42,980 nucleotides of DNA. It comes from Bdellovibrionota bacterium. GTDB lineage: Bacteria; Bdellovibrionota_C; UBA2361; OMII01. Both the position numbers and the translations under genes were made by a program. Positions 34,328-42,980 of the stretch are shown in pieces. Numbering within the stretch: the first letter of the stretch is position 1; each line of letters begins with the position of its first letter. The notes beneath the pieces were generated by a model. That model was not told where the DNA came from. It did no database searches and saw nothing but the letters and a program-made list of their open reading frames with translations. The stretch is taken from NCBI GenBank assembly GCA_040402735.1, contig JBBALZ010000003.1, positions 1-42,980 of the forward strand. The letters are read 5' to 3'.

Positions 34328-34645
34328 TTACATCTTTTTCTTTACCTTATTGAAATCCTTAAGCATTACATCCTTAATTCCGAGCCCTTTACCCTCCGAT
34401 ATAGAGGTTGCCAAAGCCTCATTTAACATATCACGGTACATCGCCTCTTCGTTGCTTCCTGACAAAAGCCCCTTTTGAGGAACGCTACTCCACATCGACT
34501 CAAGCATCTGCTGGATCAATAGCGCTTCAAACTGCTGCGCAGCCACCTCAGGTTGCTCAGTAAGTGGTCTGCTCTTGGTGCTCTGTTTAATCGGCAGTCC
34601 TGGTGCGCTATTTAACCCAGATACCGACAACTTCTGATTACTCAT
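34328..34645 (-). CDS. flgJ: flagellar rod-binding protein (FlgJ N-terminal domain only)
   Basis: 105 aa. AAQQFEALLIQQMLESMWSS is the Rod_binding motif. No glucosaminidase domain. Confidence 0.75.
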   Translation of the reverse strand: MSNQKLSVSGLNSAPGLPIKQSTKSRPLTEQPEVAAQQFEALLIQQMLESMWSSVPQKGLLSGSNEEAMYRDMLNEALATSISEGKGLGIKDVMLKDFNKVKKKM

Positions 34646-34655
34646 AATTCGTTTC

Positions 34656-35786
34656 CTACATCACCACTAAATCAGCATTAAGCGCGCCGGCGGCCTTAAG
34701 CGCGGTAAATATCGCTATCAGATCACGCGGCGTTGCCCCTAACTCGTTTAACGCGGTTACCACATCACCAAGGGTAACCTCACCTCCGACTATCTGCAGA
34801 GCCTTCACATCCTCTCCAACGCTAATGTCACTATTGGTCACCGCTGCAGTTGTTCCGCCTGCAAGAGCGTTTGGCTGCACTACTTCGGTTTCACTTCTGA
34901 TGGCAATGTTAAGGTTGCCGTGCGCTAGGGCTACCTTACTTATCGTCACTTTTTCGCCCATAATGACGGTTCCGGTCCTCTCGTTGACGATAACCTTAGC
35001 GCCAACATCCTGCTCTACCTCTACCTGCTCAAGTTGCGCAACGAGGGCAACCGGGTCAAACTGAGCTTGAGCATCAAGGGCTATCTCAACAGCTCCCGAA
35101 TCAACTGCTACAGCGGCCTGACGCCCCATGCGACGGTTTAAAGCCGCAACTACCCGAGTCATCGTTGTGAAGTCGGCTCGTCGCAGAACGATGCGCACCT
35201 TCTTAGATTGGAAGAGATCAAATGGAATCGATCGCTCTACTGAGCCTCCTCCAGGAATAACTGCCACAGTAGGGTGATTCTTCTGCGCCGAATCTCCTCC
35301 ATCACTAACAGCAAATCCACCAAGCTCAACAGCACCTTGTCCTACTACATAGGTATTGCCATCTGCCCCCTTCATCGGCGTAAACAAGAGGGTGCCACCC
35401 TGCAAACTTTTGGCGTCTCCCATCGAAGAGAGGGTTATATCGATCTTAGAGCCTGCTCGCGCAAACGGCGGCAACTCAGCTGTGACCATAACAGCCGCCA
35501 CGTTCTTTACTCGAACCGCCATCGGATCAACCCGTAACCCCATCTTCTCAAGCATGTTTGAGATACTCTTTGGGGTAAAATCGGTCATACGGCCGTCTCC
35601 GGTACCGTTTAGACCAACAACCAATCCGTATCCTAGCAATTGATTACCGCGAACGCCCTCGATATCGGCGATATCCTTAAGCCTTGCCGCATGCGCCGAT
35701 CCAGCCGCAAGCAGCACCGTCAACACAAGGATAGTAAAGTTTCTAATTAAAATGGCCACAGAACCCTCAACAATCTTGATAACCAA
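34656..35786 (-). CDS. flgI: flagellar P-ring protein
   Basis: Signal peptide, then RLKDIADIEGVRGNQLLGYGLVVGLNGTGD. The C-terminus has LNELGATPRDLIAIFTALKAAGAL. Confidence 0.92.
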   Translation of the reverse strand: MVIKIVEGSVAILIRNFTILVLTVLLAAGSAHAARLKDIADIEGVRGNQLLGYGLVVGLNGTGDGRMTDFTPKSISNMLEKMGLRVDPMAVRVKNVAAVMVTAELPPFARAGSKIDITLSSMGDAKSLQGGTLLFTPMKGADGNTYVVGQGAVELGGFAVSDGGDSAQKNHPTVAVIPGGGSVERSIPFDLFQSKKVRIVLRRADFTTMTRVVAALNRRMGRQAAVAVDSGAVEIALDAQAQFDPVALVAQLEQVEVEQDVGAKVIVNERTGTVIMGEKVTISKVALAHGNLNIAIRSETEVVQPNALAGGTTAAVTNSDISVGEDVKALQIVGGEVTLGDVVTALNELGATPRDLIAIFTALKAAGALNADLVVM

Positions 35787-36820
35787 CCACCGTACTGCGC
35801 TTCTCCAACAGTTCCCTTTCCGTAGTAGTCAATACGTACCTGAGCGATCTGCGAAGCATTAACCTCATTGCTTGAGCTGATGTCGCGCTGCCGCACAAGG
35901 CCAGATATAACGAGCACCTGCTCCTCGTTGTTCACCGCGATAATCTTCTCGCCTTCAATTCGAAGAAGCCCAGAAGGAAGAACCTCTGCTACTACTGCGG
36001 ATACCCGCGCATTCAACTGCGCTTGTCGGAGCGTGCGCCCTTCTCCACGAAAATCGTTTCGCGTTTGAGCTTGAATAAGACTGGTCAGATCCGGTGGATT
36101 GGTCCAATTCGCAGTTTGCTTCTCTAATCCAAAGAAATTCTCGATCGCCGCCAAGTATTCACTCTTTGCTTTAACCTCTGTATTTGCTAGCTGCTGGCCT
36201 AAAGACTGCTCTGTTACTACAATAGTTACCAGATCCATCGGCTGCCACGCGCGATAATCGCGAAATGGCTCATTACCACCCTGGCTCTCTCTAAACAAGG
36301 AAGCGGTTACTCCTGGGTCGCCGATTTCAAGTGGGCCTTTATAGGGCAAGCCACTTTGCTCTGTACTGCGCAGTACACGCACACCTGAATCTAGCTCGGC
36401 TGCGTTATCCTGAAACTGCGCAGGTTGTGCTGTCATGGCGATAACCGGTGGTGGTGCATCGGCGAACCTCATTCTTGCTCTTCCGTCGGTCAACGGCTCC
36501 TCAACGAAGCCCCCCTTCCAATGTACGCTAGCAGATTGTTCCCTTGAGCCTTTTCCGACCGATTGCGGATCAAACGAACCCGGTGATGGGGTAGTCGCGT
36601 AGCGTCTGGATGGAACGTAGGGGTGTTCAGCAATCTGCGGCGCACAGCCAATGATCACACAGGCACACGCCAACTCGCACAATATGCAGAGCTTGCTGCT
36701 ATATCCAGCGACACTGCGGCTCTTTCGATTCGCGCTTAGGCGCAACCCACGCGCCACTTGCTTGTCGTCAAGCGCTCTAGAAGATAGTTTTGACAACGAT
36801 TTCACCCTTGTTTGCAACAT
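35747..36820 (-). CDS. flgH: flagellar L-ring lipoprotein with extended N-terminal region
   Basis: Lipobox VIIGC. The conserved FlgH core runs from about residue 180 (DLVTIVVTEQS ... NNEEQVLVISGLVRQRDI ... RIDYYGKG). The true start is uncertain. The 3' end overlaps the flgI ORF by 40 nt. Confidence 0.82.
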   Translation of the reverse strand: MLQTRVKSLSKLSSRALDDKQVARGLRLSANRKSRSVAGYSSKLCILCELACACVIIGCAPQIAEHPYVPSRRYATTPSPGSFDPQSVGKGSREQSASVHWKGGFVEEPLTDGRARMRFADAPPPVIAMTAQPAQFQDNAAELDSGVRVLRSTEQSGLPYKGPLEIGDPGVTASLFRESQGGNEPFRDYRAWQPMDLVTIVVTEQSLGQQLANTEVKAKSEYLAAIENFFGLEKQTANWTNPPDLTSLIQAQTRNDFRGEGRTLRQAQLNARVSAVVAEVLPSGLLRIEGEKIIAVNNEEQVLVISGLVRQRDISSSNEVNASQIAQVRIDYYGKGTVGEAQYGGWLSRLLRVLWPF

Positions 36821-36822
36821 CT

Positions 36823-37857
36823 TTAATATGCTCCTACAGTCACTACGCCCTTTTCGTGAACCCGTCCTCGAACGACTTTTTTCGATGATTCATTGCGAAT
36901 TCCGATCTCTTGGCCTTGCGCTCCATCTTCAAGAGCCACTCCTCGGGCTGTAGCCTCTAGTCGGCCACGTTTATAGATCATAGTTACCCTAGAGCCGACC
37001 TCAATAACCGGTGGAATCTTCACCGCCTTTAAACTAAAGATCTCTCCCTGGCCGATATCTCGTAGCAATACCCTACCAACCACATCACCGATCTGTTCGA
37101 GTGAATCTGAGGCAACAGATGTACCATTTACCTTAACCAGCCTGACATCACTCGCTGTAATCACATCTCCACGTTTGATCGGTTTGGCCGCAGCCGGCAT
37201 CATCCGCCACTCGTCCGCTAGCGCCTTCATCTGAAAACGCACCTCTCCTGATGCAGCACGGGAGCGATAATCAACTCCGAAATGTCCAGGCTGAATCGCC
37301 TGCAATCCAACTACTTCTATACTGAGTGCATCGGCCGGGATTCTGACTTGCTTTTCAGCTACTAGATGCTTGACATCTATCTTGCGATCCTCAGCCAGGA
37401 TAAAAGACCGAAGCGCCCGCTCTAGCTCTTCATACGAAACCTCGCGATACGCTCGAGTTACTCTGACCTGTTTAGGAAATGTGTAGAGCAGAGAGTCGAG
37501 TCTGACACCAGCATCTCGTAGCTTTTCGATAATTGACACACCTTCAATAGTGAGTGACTCGCCTGCTTTTGGGCTATTTACCAGCGGAATCCGGCGCAAC
37601 TCAACGATCGCTTCATCATCTGAAACCGCGGCAGACTCAATTAACGCAACATCGCTAAGATGAACTACCGGTTCAGTTACAACTGTCTCACTACGACCTT
37701 GCAAGCGAATCTCAGTTCGCCTGGACGTCTGGCTATCAGCAACAGCAATAGAAGCGCCAACCATCTCGAAACTCAGCGCAGTCGCGCTACATAGCGCGGC
37801 TAGGACTAATGCCAGTCGATAACTCTTTGATTTATGCTGCATTCTACTCGCCTTCAT
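36823..37857 (-). CDS. flgA: flagellar P-ring assembly chaperone FlgA
   Basis: Signal peptide. SAF-like region IKRGDVITASDV and C-terminal VIEVGSRVTMIYKRGRLEATARGVALEDGAQGQEIGIRN. Confidence 0.8.
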   Translation of the reverse strand: MKASRMQHKSKSYRLALVLAALCSATALSFEMVGASIAVADSQTSRRTEIRLQGRSETVVTEPVVHLSDVALIESAAVSDDEAIVELRRIPLVNSPKAGESLTIEGVSIIEKLRDAGVRLDSLLYTFPKQVRVTRAYREVSYEELERALRSFILAEDRKIDVKHLVAEKQVRIPADALSIEVVGLQAIQPGHFGVDYRSRAASGEVRFQMKALADEWRMMPAAAKPIKRGDVITASDVRLVKVNGTSVASDSLEQIGDVVGRVLLRDIGQGEIFSLKAVKIPPVIEVGSRVTMIYKRGRLEATARGVALEDGAQGQEIGIRNESSKKVVRGRVHEKGVVTVGAY

Positions 37858-37860
37858 TTA

Positions 37861-38649
37861 CTACCTCTTTAAATTTATCGCTTGGGTAAGCATCTCATCA
37901 GCGGTGGTAATTCCCTTTGATGATGCTTCATAAGCACGCTGCGCGGTGATCATATTCACTACTTGCTCAACGACACTTACGTTGCTGCTTTCAAGAACGC
38001 CTTGATTTAGCCTACCGAAGCCTAGCTGACTGAATATTCCATTTACCGGAGCACCAGACGCTTGAGTCTCTTCATACAGGTTCTGTCCAATCGCCCGCAG
38101 ACCAGCGTTATTTGGAAAACGCACGCCGGTTAGTTGCCCAACCTGCGTAGGCACAGCGTTGTTGGGCTGCGTAACGGTAACCGTACCATCTTGCGCAATC
38201 GTTACCTTTAAAGCATCCGGTGGAATCGTAATACCCGGCGCGACCTGATACCCATCTGAGGTCACCAGCAGACCGTTTTGATCTAACTGAAAAACTCCGG
38301 TTCTAGTGTAGGCGAACGTCCCATCAGGACGTAAAACCTGGAAGAATCCATCGCCTTCTACAGCAACGTCGAGCTGCCTACCAGTGGAGCTTAGATCACC
38401 CTGCGTAAACACCTTTTGCACAGCTGCGGTTTTAACTCCTAATCCAACCTGCACTCCGGTAGGATTTGTAGTCGTCTGCGAGGTCTGCGCTCCTGGCTCA
38501 GTGATGTACTGGTACATCAGATCTTGAAAGTCAGCTCGCCCCTTTTTGAAGCCAACCGTATTTACGTTAGCCAGGTTGTTGGAGATGACATCAATATTGG
38601 TCTCCTGTGCATTCATTCCAGTAGCAGCGGTGTAGAGAGCTCTAATCAT
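37861..38649 (-). CDS. flgG: flagellar distal rod protein
   Basis: [15 protein letters not shown] ... [14 protein letters not shown], with C-terminal [16 protein letters not shown]. 262 aa. Confidence 0.92.
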   Translation of the reverse strand: MIRALYTAATGMNAQETNIDVISNNLANVNTVGFKKGRADFQDLMYQYITEPGAQTSQTTTNPTGVQVGLGVKTAAVQKVFTQGDLSSTGRQLDVAVEGDGFFQVLRPDGTFAYTRTGVFQLDQNGLLVTSDGYQVAPGITIPPDALKVTIAQDGTVTVTQPNNAVPTQVGQLTGVRFPNNAGLRAIGQNLYEETQASGAPVNGIFSQLGFGRLNQGVLESSNVSVVEQVVNMITAQRAYEASSKGITTADEMLTQAINLKR

Positions 38650-38665
38650 CGATATCCCCTATTTT

Positions 38666-39445
38666 TTAGCGTTGTCTACGTCCTAGTTGTGTTACTGCCG
38701 ACTGATTCATCGAATCGAGCGTCTCAGCGGCTTTTGTATACGCCTGAAAAGCTCGGTTGGTTGAGATCAGACCGACCATGCCACCAATTGCTGAAACGTT
38801 TGACATCTCAAGTGACTGAGGCTCGATACGCGGATCAACCGGCACTGGGCGGGCTCCGCTTTTAATCTTGAATCTGGCTCCCTCAGACGCTTCCAAGCCT
38901 GATGTGTCCTCAAAACGCACAACTCGCAGACGTCCAACGATGTTCGGTTGCGCCCCCACATTGGCTCCCGCTCGAACACTTCCATCGGGTAAGATCGATA
39001 CTCCTGGAGCAGCGGCCGCTATTGCTCCTCCCTCACCCATTACCCGGTACCCGTCAGCCGTTACGATCTCACCTGCTGGTGAAAGGGAGAAGTTTCCAGC
39101 CCTTGTGTACATCTCTCCCTGCGGTGTGTTGATTACAAAGAAGTCGTTGGGCGATCGAAGCGCGGCATCGAGTGGATTACCAGTGTGTTGAATCGGCCCT
39201 TGAGAAAAATCGATCTGCGTTTTTATCCCCACTACATTCTTTAAGCGGCTCTGATCATCACGCCCGTAGGGATCTTTTTCTTCAATCGTACTAGCCAGGG
39301 TCTTATCGAAGCTTTGCGACTCAGCAACGATAAACTGTCCCTTAAATCCAACCGTATTTATGTTGGCCAGATTATTGTTTTGTACCTCGAGCTTCCTCAT
39401 CTGTAACATCCCAGATGACGTTGCTACGTAAGTTCCGATATCCAT
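38666..39445 (-). CDS. flgF: flagellar proximal rod protein
   Basis: N-terminal NNNLANINTVGFKG and C-terminal LISTNRAFQAYTKAAETLD. 259 aa. Sits immediately upstream of flgG. Confidence 0.85.
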   Translation of the reverse strand: MDIGTYVATSSGMLQMRKLEVQNNNLANINTVGFKGQFIVAESQSFDKTLASTIEEKDPYGRDDQSRLKNVVGIKTQIDFSQGPIQHTGNPLDAALRSPNDFFVINTPQGEMYTRAGNFSLSPAGEIVTADGYRVMGEGGAIAAAAPGVSILPDGSVRAGANVGAQPNIVGRLRVVRFEDTSGLEASEGARFKIKSGARPVPVDPRIEPQSLEMSNVSAIGGMVGLISTNRAFQAYTKAAETLDSMNQSAVTQLGRRQR

Positions 39446-39492
39446 AGCTCAGTACCCTTTTATCTTCGCCTCTACATCTAATCGGCCACGAC

Positions 39493-40320
39493 TTAGGCAG
39501 ATGGTGCTGCGCGCCTTGACACTCCTAAAGCGCCCAGACGCGGGTCTAAATCGGTCTTTCTAGTTGAGTAACGCGAGTGCTCCTCACTCCTCTCTTCACG
39601 CTCAATTTCAATCATCTGCGCCAGCCGTTGCACGCCATCTATCGGTAGGCTCGTTCGCTCTGAAACTTCGTGAGCATCACTTCCTGATTTGAGCATCTGC
39701 TCTGCGGCTCGATACGAGTCCTGAAGTGATTTGACGGCAGACTTCTGCTCCTTAGGAAGATCAGCTTGCTCTTCTTGAGCAGTAACATCCTCGATCCACT
39801 CTGCAGCACGCCTTGAACCGCTACGTGTTGAAAACGCCCGTTTTTCCTCGGTTGACTCCTGAGTGACCTCTACAACCGAATTGAACTCTCGTAGGCGACC
39901 CGCGGCTCTTCCACGTTCTTGCGAGCTGCCGGTTCTTTCAGGAGTTCTAACTGAGCGACTCTCGGCTATCGCCCGCTCTAGCTCCAAGGCCTCGCGCCTG
40001 GCACCTTCGCATAGAAGTGAGAGCTCCTTGCTCAGAGCTTCTCCATCGTTAAGAACTATGGTGATATCCTTCTGGCACCTCTCTGCATCTGTTAGCGAAC
40101 GAGAGAGGCTCTGCTCACGACGCATAAGCTGGTCATTTATATGTTTAGCTCGACCCTCGGTCTCAGCCATGAGAACCGAGATGCGTCCCTCTAGCTCCAC
40201 GATTCTCGGGAGCAGCGCCTGTGCAGGCGAACTCTTAACGAATCTAAACGCCATCACTAGGATCGACGTTACTAAACAGACATCGATAACCATCTGCCAG
40301 ATCGATATGTGGTTGAGCAT
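39493..40320 (-). CDS. membrane-anchored coiled-coil protein of unknown function at the head of the flgF operon
   Basis: One N-terminal TM helix (IWQMVIDVCLVTSILVMAF), then a long charged helical region. The C-terminal segment VSERTSLPIDGVQRLAQMIE is reminiscent of DUF2802-type flagellar-cluster proteins (recalled from memory, low certainty). Confidence 0.55.
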   Translation of the reverse strand: MLNHISIWQMVIDVCLVTSILVMAFRFVKSSPAQALLPRIVELEGRISVLMAETEGRAKHINDQLMRREQSLSRSLTDAERCQKDITIVLNDGEALSKELSLLCEGARREALELERAIAESRSVRTPERTGSSQERGRAAGRLREFNSVVEVTQESTEEKRAFSTRSGSRRAAEWIEDVTAQEEQADLPKEQKSAVKSLQDSYRAAEQMLKSGSDAHEVSERTSLPIDGVQRLAQMIEIEREERSEEHSRYSTRKTDLDPRLGALGVSRRAAPSA

Positions 40321-40615
40321 GTTTCCTCTAGCTATCCCTTACAGTCATCACAGCCTGCTACATAACAGCCCGCTGATACCGCCCCGCACAGGCCATACCA
40401 GCGTCAAAAAAGCTGCTCATAAGCACGATCAACTTGTCACCTATTTGACTCACTGCTATTCCTTGCTCCGGTTAACTAACTGAATTAACATGAGCACGTA
40501 GTCGATTAGGTTCCTGCTATCGGCTGCTGTAACTATCCAAGGCAAAACCCCTGCCAACCACCTGACTAGACCTAAGGGCTAGGCCCGGAGTTGGTAAAAA
40601 CATCGAGCCACATCT

Positions 40616-41758
40616 ATGTATAAAGAACGCCTCCTAACACCCGGCCCCACTCCCATCCCTCTGCGCATCTTGCAAGCTATGGAGCGCCCGCTCCTGCACC
40701 ACCGCAGCGAGGTATTCAAACAGGAGATTAAACGTGCCTGCGAGGGGATGCGCTGGGCTTGCGGCTGGGATAGCTCGCCTATCTTTTTGGCTTGTTCCGG
40801 TACAGGCGCCATGGAGGCCTCTGTACTAAACACCTGTAGGCCTGGGGATGAAATTATCACCGTAAATGGCGGAGCATTCGGGGCGAGGTGGCGTTCAATC
40901 GGGGAGCGTCTCGGTCTAACCGTCCGCGAGCTTGTAGTGCCGTGGGGCAGTGCAGCCACACTAGATGATGTGCGATCTATCGTTTCCGCTCATCGCTCTG
41001 CGCGGGCATTCTGCATTCAACACAGCGAAACCTCGACAACGGTACTTCATCCACTTGAGGAGATCCTGCCAGAGGTAAAAAAGATCGCGCCGCATATAGT
41101 CACAATCGTCGATGGTATATCATCGTGCATGACAACGCCGATGCCAGGTACACCTCAATCTATCGACATATACATCGCAGGATCACAGAAGGGTTTTATG
41201 CTTCCTCCAGGACTGGCGATGGTATTTCTGTCAGCTCATGGGTGGAATATCGTCAACGACACCCCAAAACGCTCACTCTATTTCGATCTCGCCCTTGAGC
41301 GGGCCTCTCTAGCCGCAGGAGAAACGTCGTGGACACCTGCCTCAACGATTATTGTCGGTCTTAATGCCGCTCTAGAGATGTTCCGCGAAGAGGGTCTTGA
41401 AGCTATGTATGCGCGACATGCGCTGCTAGCTCGCATCGCTCGCGAAGGTATCGTCGCTCTCGGCTGCCGCCTCTTAGCGCCGGAAGCACCAGGGACAAGC
41501 GTCACGGGGCTGTTTCCTCCTGATGGAGTCAATGCTGATACGCTAAGAACCGAGGTTCGCAAGAGATTCGGTATACGACTCGCTGGTGGGCAGGGAAAAT
41601 ACAAGGGTGCTATCGTAAGAATTGGCCACATGGGCCACGTCGATCCGTTTGAGGTTATGAATGCGGTGCTAGCTATCGGAATGACAGCTCGCGCACTAGG
41701 AGCGCAAGTCGACATCGAGAGCGCAACCAAGGTATGCTTGCGGATATTAGCCGAATAA
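40616..41758 (+). CDS. class V aminotransferase (serine-pyruvate / alanine-glyoxylate aminotransferase-like)
   Basis: LLTPGPTPIP N-terminus and AGSQKGFMLPPGLA (PLP-lysine motif). 380 aa. Confidence 0.85.
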   Translation: MYKERLLTPGPTPIPLRILQAMERPLLHHRSEVFKQEIKRACEGMRWACGWDSSPIFLACSGTGAMEASVLNTCRPGDEIITVNGGAFGARWRSIGERLGLTVRELVVPWGSAATLDDVRSIVSAHRSARAFCIQHSETSTTVLHPLEEILPEVKKIAPHIVTIVDGISSCMTTPMPGTPQSIDIYIAGSQKGFMLPPGLAMVFLSAHGWNIVNDTPKRSLYFDLALERASLAAGETSWTPASTIIVGLNAALEMFREEGLEAMYARHALLARIAREGIVALGCRLLAPEAPGTSVTGLFPPDGVNADTLRTEVRKRFGIRLAGGQGKYKGAIVRIGHMGHVDPFEVMNAVLAIGMTARALGAQVDIESATKVCLRILAE

Positions 41759-41767
41759 TCTTTAGCT

Positions 41768-42694
41768 ATGGAAAAGCAACCACAACCTCTTCGCAGACGC
41801 GCTGCTGAGCTCTTTCAATCAATTCAAGGCCACATCTGCTCTGCTCTGGAAGCCGTTGATGGAGAAGCAACCTTTGCTACTGACACCTGGAAGAGGCCTG
41901 ATATCAGGGGCGCTGATGGGGGCGGTGGCACTACGCGGGTGCTGGCTAATGGAGCTGTTTTTGAGAAAGCTGGTGTTAACTTCAGCGAGGTGTATGGGCA
42001 CGTTTCCGCTGAGTTTGCAGAGAAACTCGGAGCATCAAAAGAGGAGTTGCCGTTTTTTGCCACCGGAGTCTCACTGGTTATCCATCCCCTGTCGCCTATG
42101 GTGCCAACCACTCACGCGAATTGGCGCTATCTGGAGCTAGGCGATCAAGCCTGGTTTGGCGGCGGCTCTGATCTGACTCCCTACTACTTTGAAGAATCTG
42201 ATGCGCAGCATTTTCATTCTGTACTCAAAGATGTTTGCTCAGCTCACTCTCCAGAGTACTACGGAAGATTTAAGAAATGGTGCGATGAGTACTTTTATTT
42301 ACCACATCGTGGTGAGACACGTGGTATAGGCGGGATTTTTTTCGATCATCTTGGAAGAAACGACAAGATAGATCTCGAAGAGCTCCTGGAATTCGTGCGC
42401 GATCTCGGTTTTGCCTTTACACACCAATACATCCCTATTGTTGAGCGGCGTATGGATCTTCCGTATACGGAACACGAGAGAAATTTTCAACTACTTCGGC
42501 GTGGACGTTACGTTGAGTTTAACCTGCTCTACGACAGGGGCACGCATTTTGGATTACAAACTGGGGGCAGAGTTGAATCTATCCTGATGTCTCTTCCACC
42601 ACACGTACGCTGGGACTACTGCCCTACTATCACTCCGGGCTCTCGCGAAGCGCAGCTAATCGAAATTTTGCAGAAACCGCAGGAGTGGGCGTAG
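41768..42694 (+). CDS. hemF: oxygen-dependent coproporphyrinogen III oxidase
   Basis: GGGGTTRV, GVSLVIHPLSPMVPTTHANWRY, GIGGIFFD and RRGRYVEFNLLYDRGTHFGLQTGGRVESILMSLPP. Confidence 0.93.
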   Translation: MEKQPQPLRRRAAELFQSIQGHICSALEAVDGEATFATDTWKRPDIRGADGGGGTTRVLANGAVFEKAGVNFSEVYGHVSAEFAEKLGASKEELPFFATGVSLVIHPLSPMVPTTHANWRYLELGDQAWFGGGSDLTPYYFEESDAQHFHSVLKDVCSAHSPEYYGRFKKWCDEYFYLPHRGETRGIGGIFFDHLGRNDKIDLEELLEFVRDLGFAFTHQYIPIVERRMDLPYTEHERNFQLLRRGRYVEFNLLYDRGTHFGLQTGGRVESILMSLPPHVRWDYCPTITPGSREAQLIEILQKPQEWA

Positions 42695-42729
42695 GTGTAT
42701 CACTTTACGCACTTTGCCGTGCAGGAAGC

Positions 42730-42879
42730 TCAGGGCATCGCAATTCTCCCGCTAGCTACTTGGAAGAATTGGCATTCCTGACAGGGATAAAAATGCGCGG
42801 CTAAATCCCGTTAAACTCATTAAATACAGTAGGTCCCGCGCATTTTTGGCCCCATTTAAGAGAAGAGAATTGCGAAGCC
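42730..42879 (+). repeat. family A palindromic repeat, copy A5
   Basis: CAGGGCATCGCAATTCTC ... GGATAAAAATGCGCGG ... CCGCGCATTTTTGGCC ... GAGAATTGCGAAGCCC, 36 nt downstream of the hemF stop. Confidence 0.9.
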
Positions 42880-42885
42880 CGCATT

Positions 42886-42980
42886 CCAGGGCATCGCAAT
42901 TCTCCCGCTAGCTACTTGGAAGAATTGGCATTCCTGACAGGGATAAAAATGCGCGGCTAAATCCCGTTAAACTCATTAAA
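42886..42980 (+). repeat. family A repeat, copy A6 (cut by the window end)
   Basis: All 95 nt are identical to 42730-42824 of A5. The two copies are separated by only 6 nt. Confidence 0.9.

Noticed and set aside
39863-40483. 206-aa plus-strand ORF antisense to the coiled-coil gene
   Set aside because: Its Ser/Arg/Leu-rich composition is typical of the reverse frame of a Glu/Ala/Arg-rich gene. It has no RBS or motifs. The minus-strand ORF has a TM anchor and fits the flg operon direction.
41278-41730. 150-aa minus-strand ORF inside the aminotransferase gene, and similar antisense ORFs (for example 20841-21224, 28629-28889, 31860-32171, 38868-39191)
   Set aside because: All are nested antisense to ORFs with strong family motifs. 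Their compositions are skewed to Ser/Arg/Pro/Ala, and there are no start-site signals.
5290-42980. Family A repeats as a CRISPR array or as integron attC sites
   Set aside because: The units are about 150 bp, internally palindromic and scattered over 37 kb next to unrelated housekeeping genes. There are no regular short spacers, no cas or intI genes, and no uniformly oriented cassettes. A dispersed REP/MITE-like family fits better.

Overview
This is a 42.98-kb bacterial chromosomal window of roughly 50% GC by eye. The lineage is flagellated and rich in multihaem cytochromes (delta-proteobacterium- or Bdellovibrionota-like; that is a guess). I found no rRNA, tRNA, CRISPR array, transposase, integrase or recognisable defence gene.

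Gene content, left to right:
- A minus-strand three-gene redox module (474-5053): an FAD/NAD(P) reductase fused to two cNMP-binding domains and four [4Fe-4S] motifs, then a His-rich membrane protein, then an anchored decahaem cytochrome c.
- A repeat-dense 3-kb segment (5.1-8.0 kb) carrying a second multihaem cytochrome, a SnoaL-like gene and a remnant of that same gene.
- A CPA1 Na+/H+ antiporter.
- A small glycan set: flippase-like protein, GT4 glycosyltransferase and GDP-fucose synthase.
- A seven-gene plus-strand cluster (13.0-17.7 kb) ending in a GspH/I/J/K-like minor pseudopilin cassette with no machinery genes nearby.
- Housekeeping genes: a glycogen-synthase-like GT, glk, a TerC-family protein, trmB, an ABC exporter pair, an amidohydrolase and hppD.
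- A GT2 - PIG-L deacetylase - BshC-like operon.
- A late flagellar cluster, flgF-G-A-H-I-J-M-N-K-L, headed by an uncharacterised membrane coiled-coil protein.
- A class V aminotransferase and hemF.

The most unusual sequence-level signal is two dispersed families of palindromic, MITE-like non-coding repeats.
- Family A is about 150 bp, with 16-nt terminal and 12-nt inner inverted repeats. There are six copies, including two tandem copies that are identical over their 95 nt of overlap at the right edge of the window.
- Family B is about 104 bp, with perfect 16-nt terminal inverted repeats, plus partial and miniature copies.

The best candidates for undescribed biology are the cNMP-domain-containing transmembrane electron module, the repeat-bracketed cytochrome/SnoaL segment, the orphan pseudopilin cluster and the variant GT2/PIG-L/BshC-like operon. 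All functional calls rest on motif recognition by eye. No database search was run.
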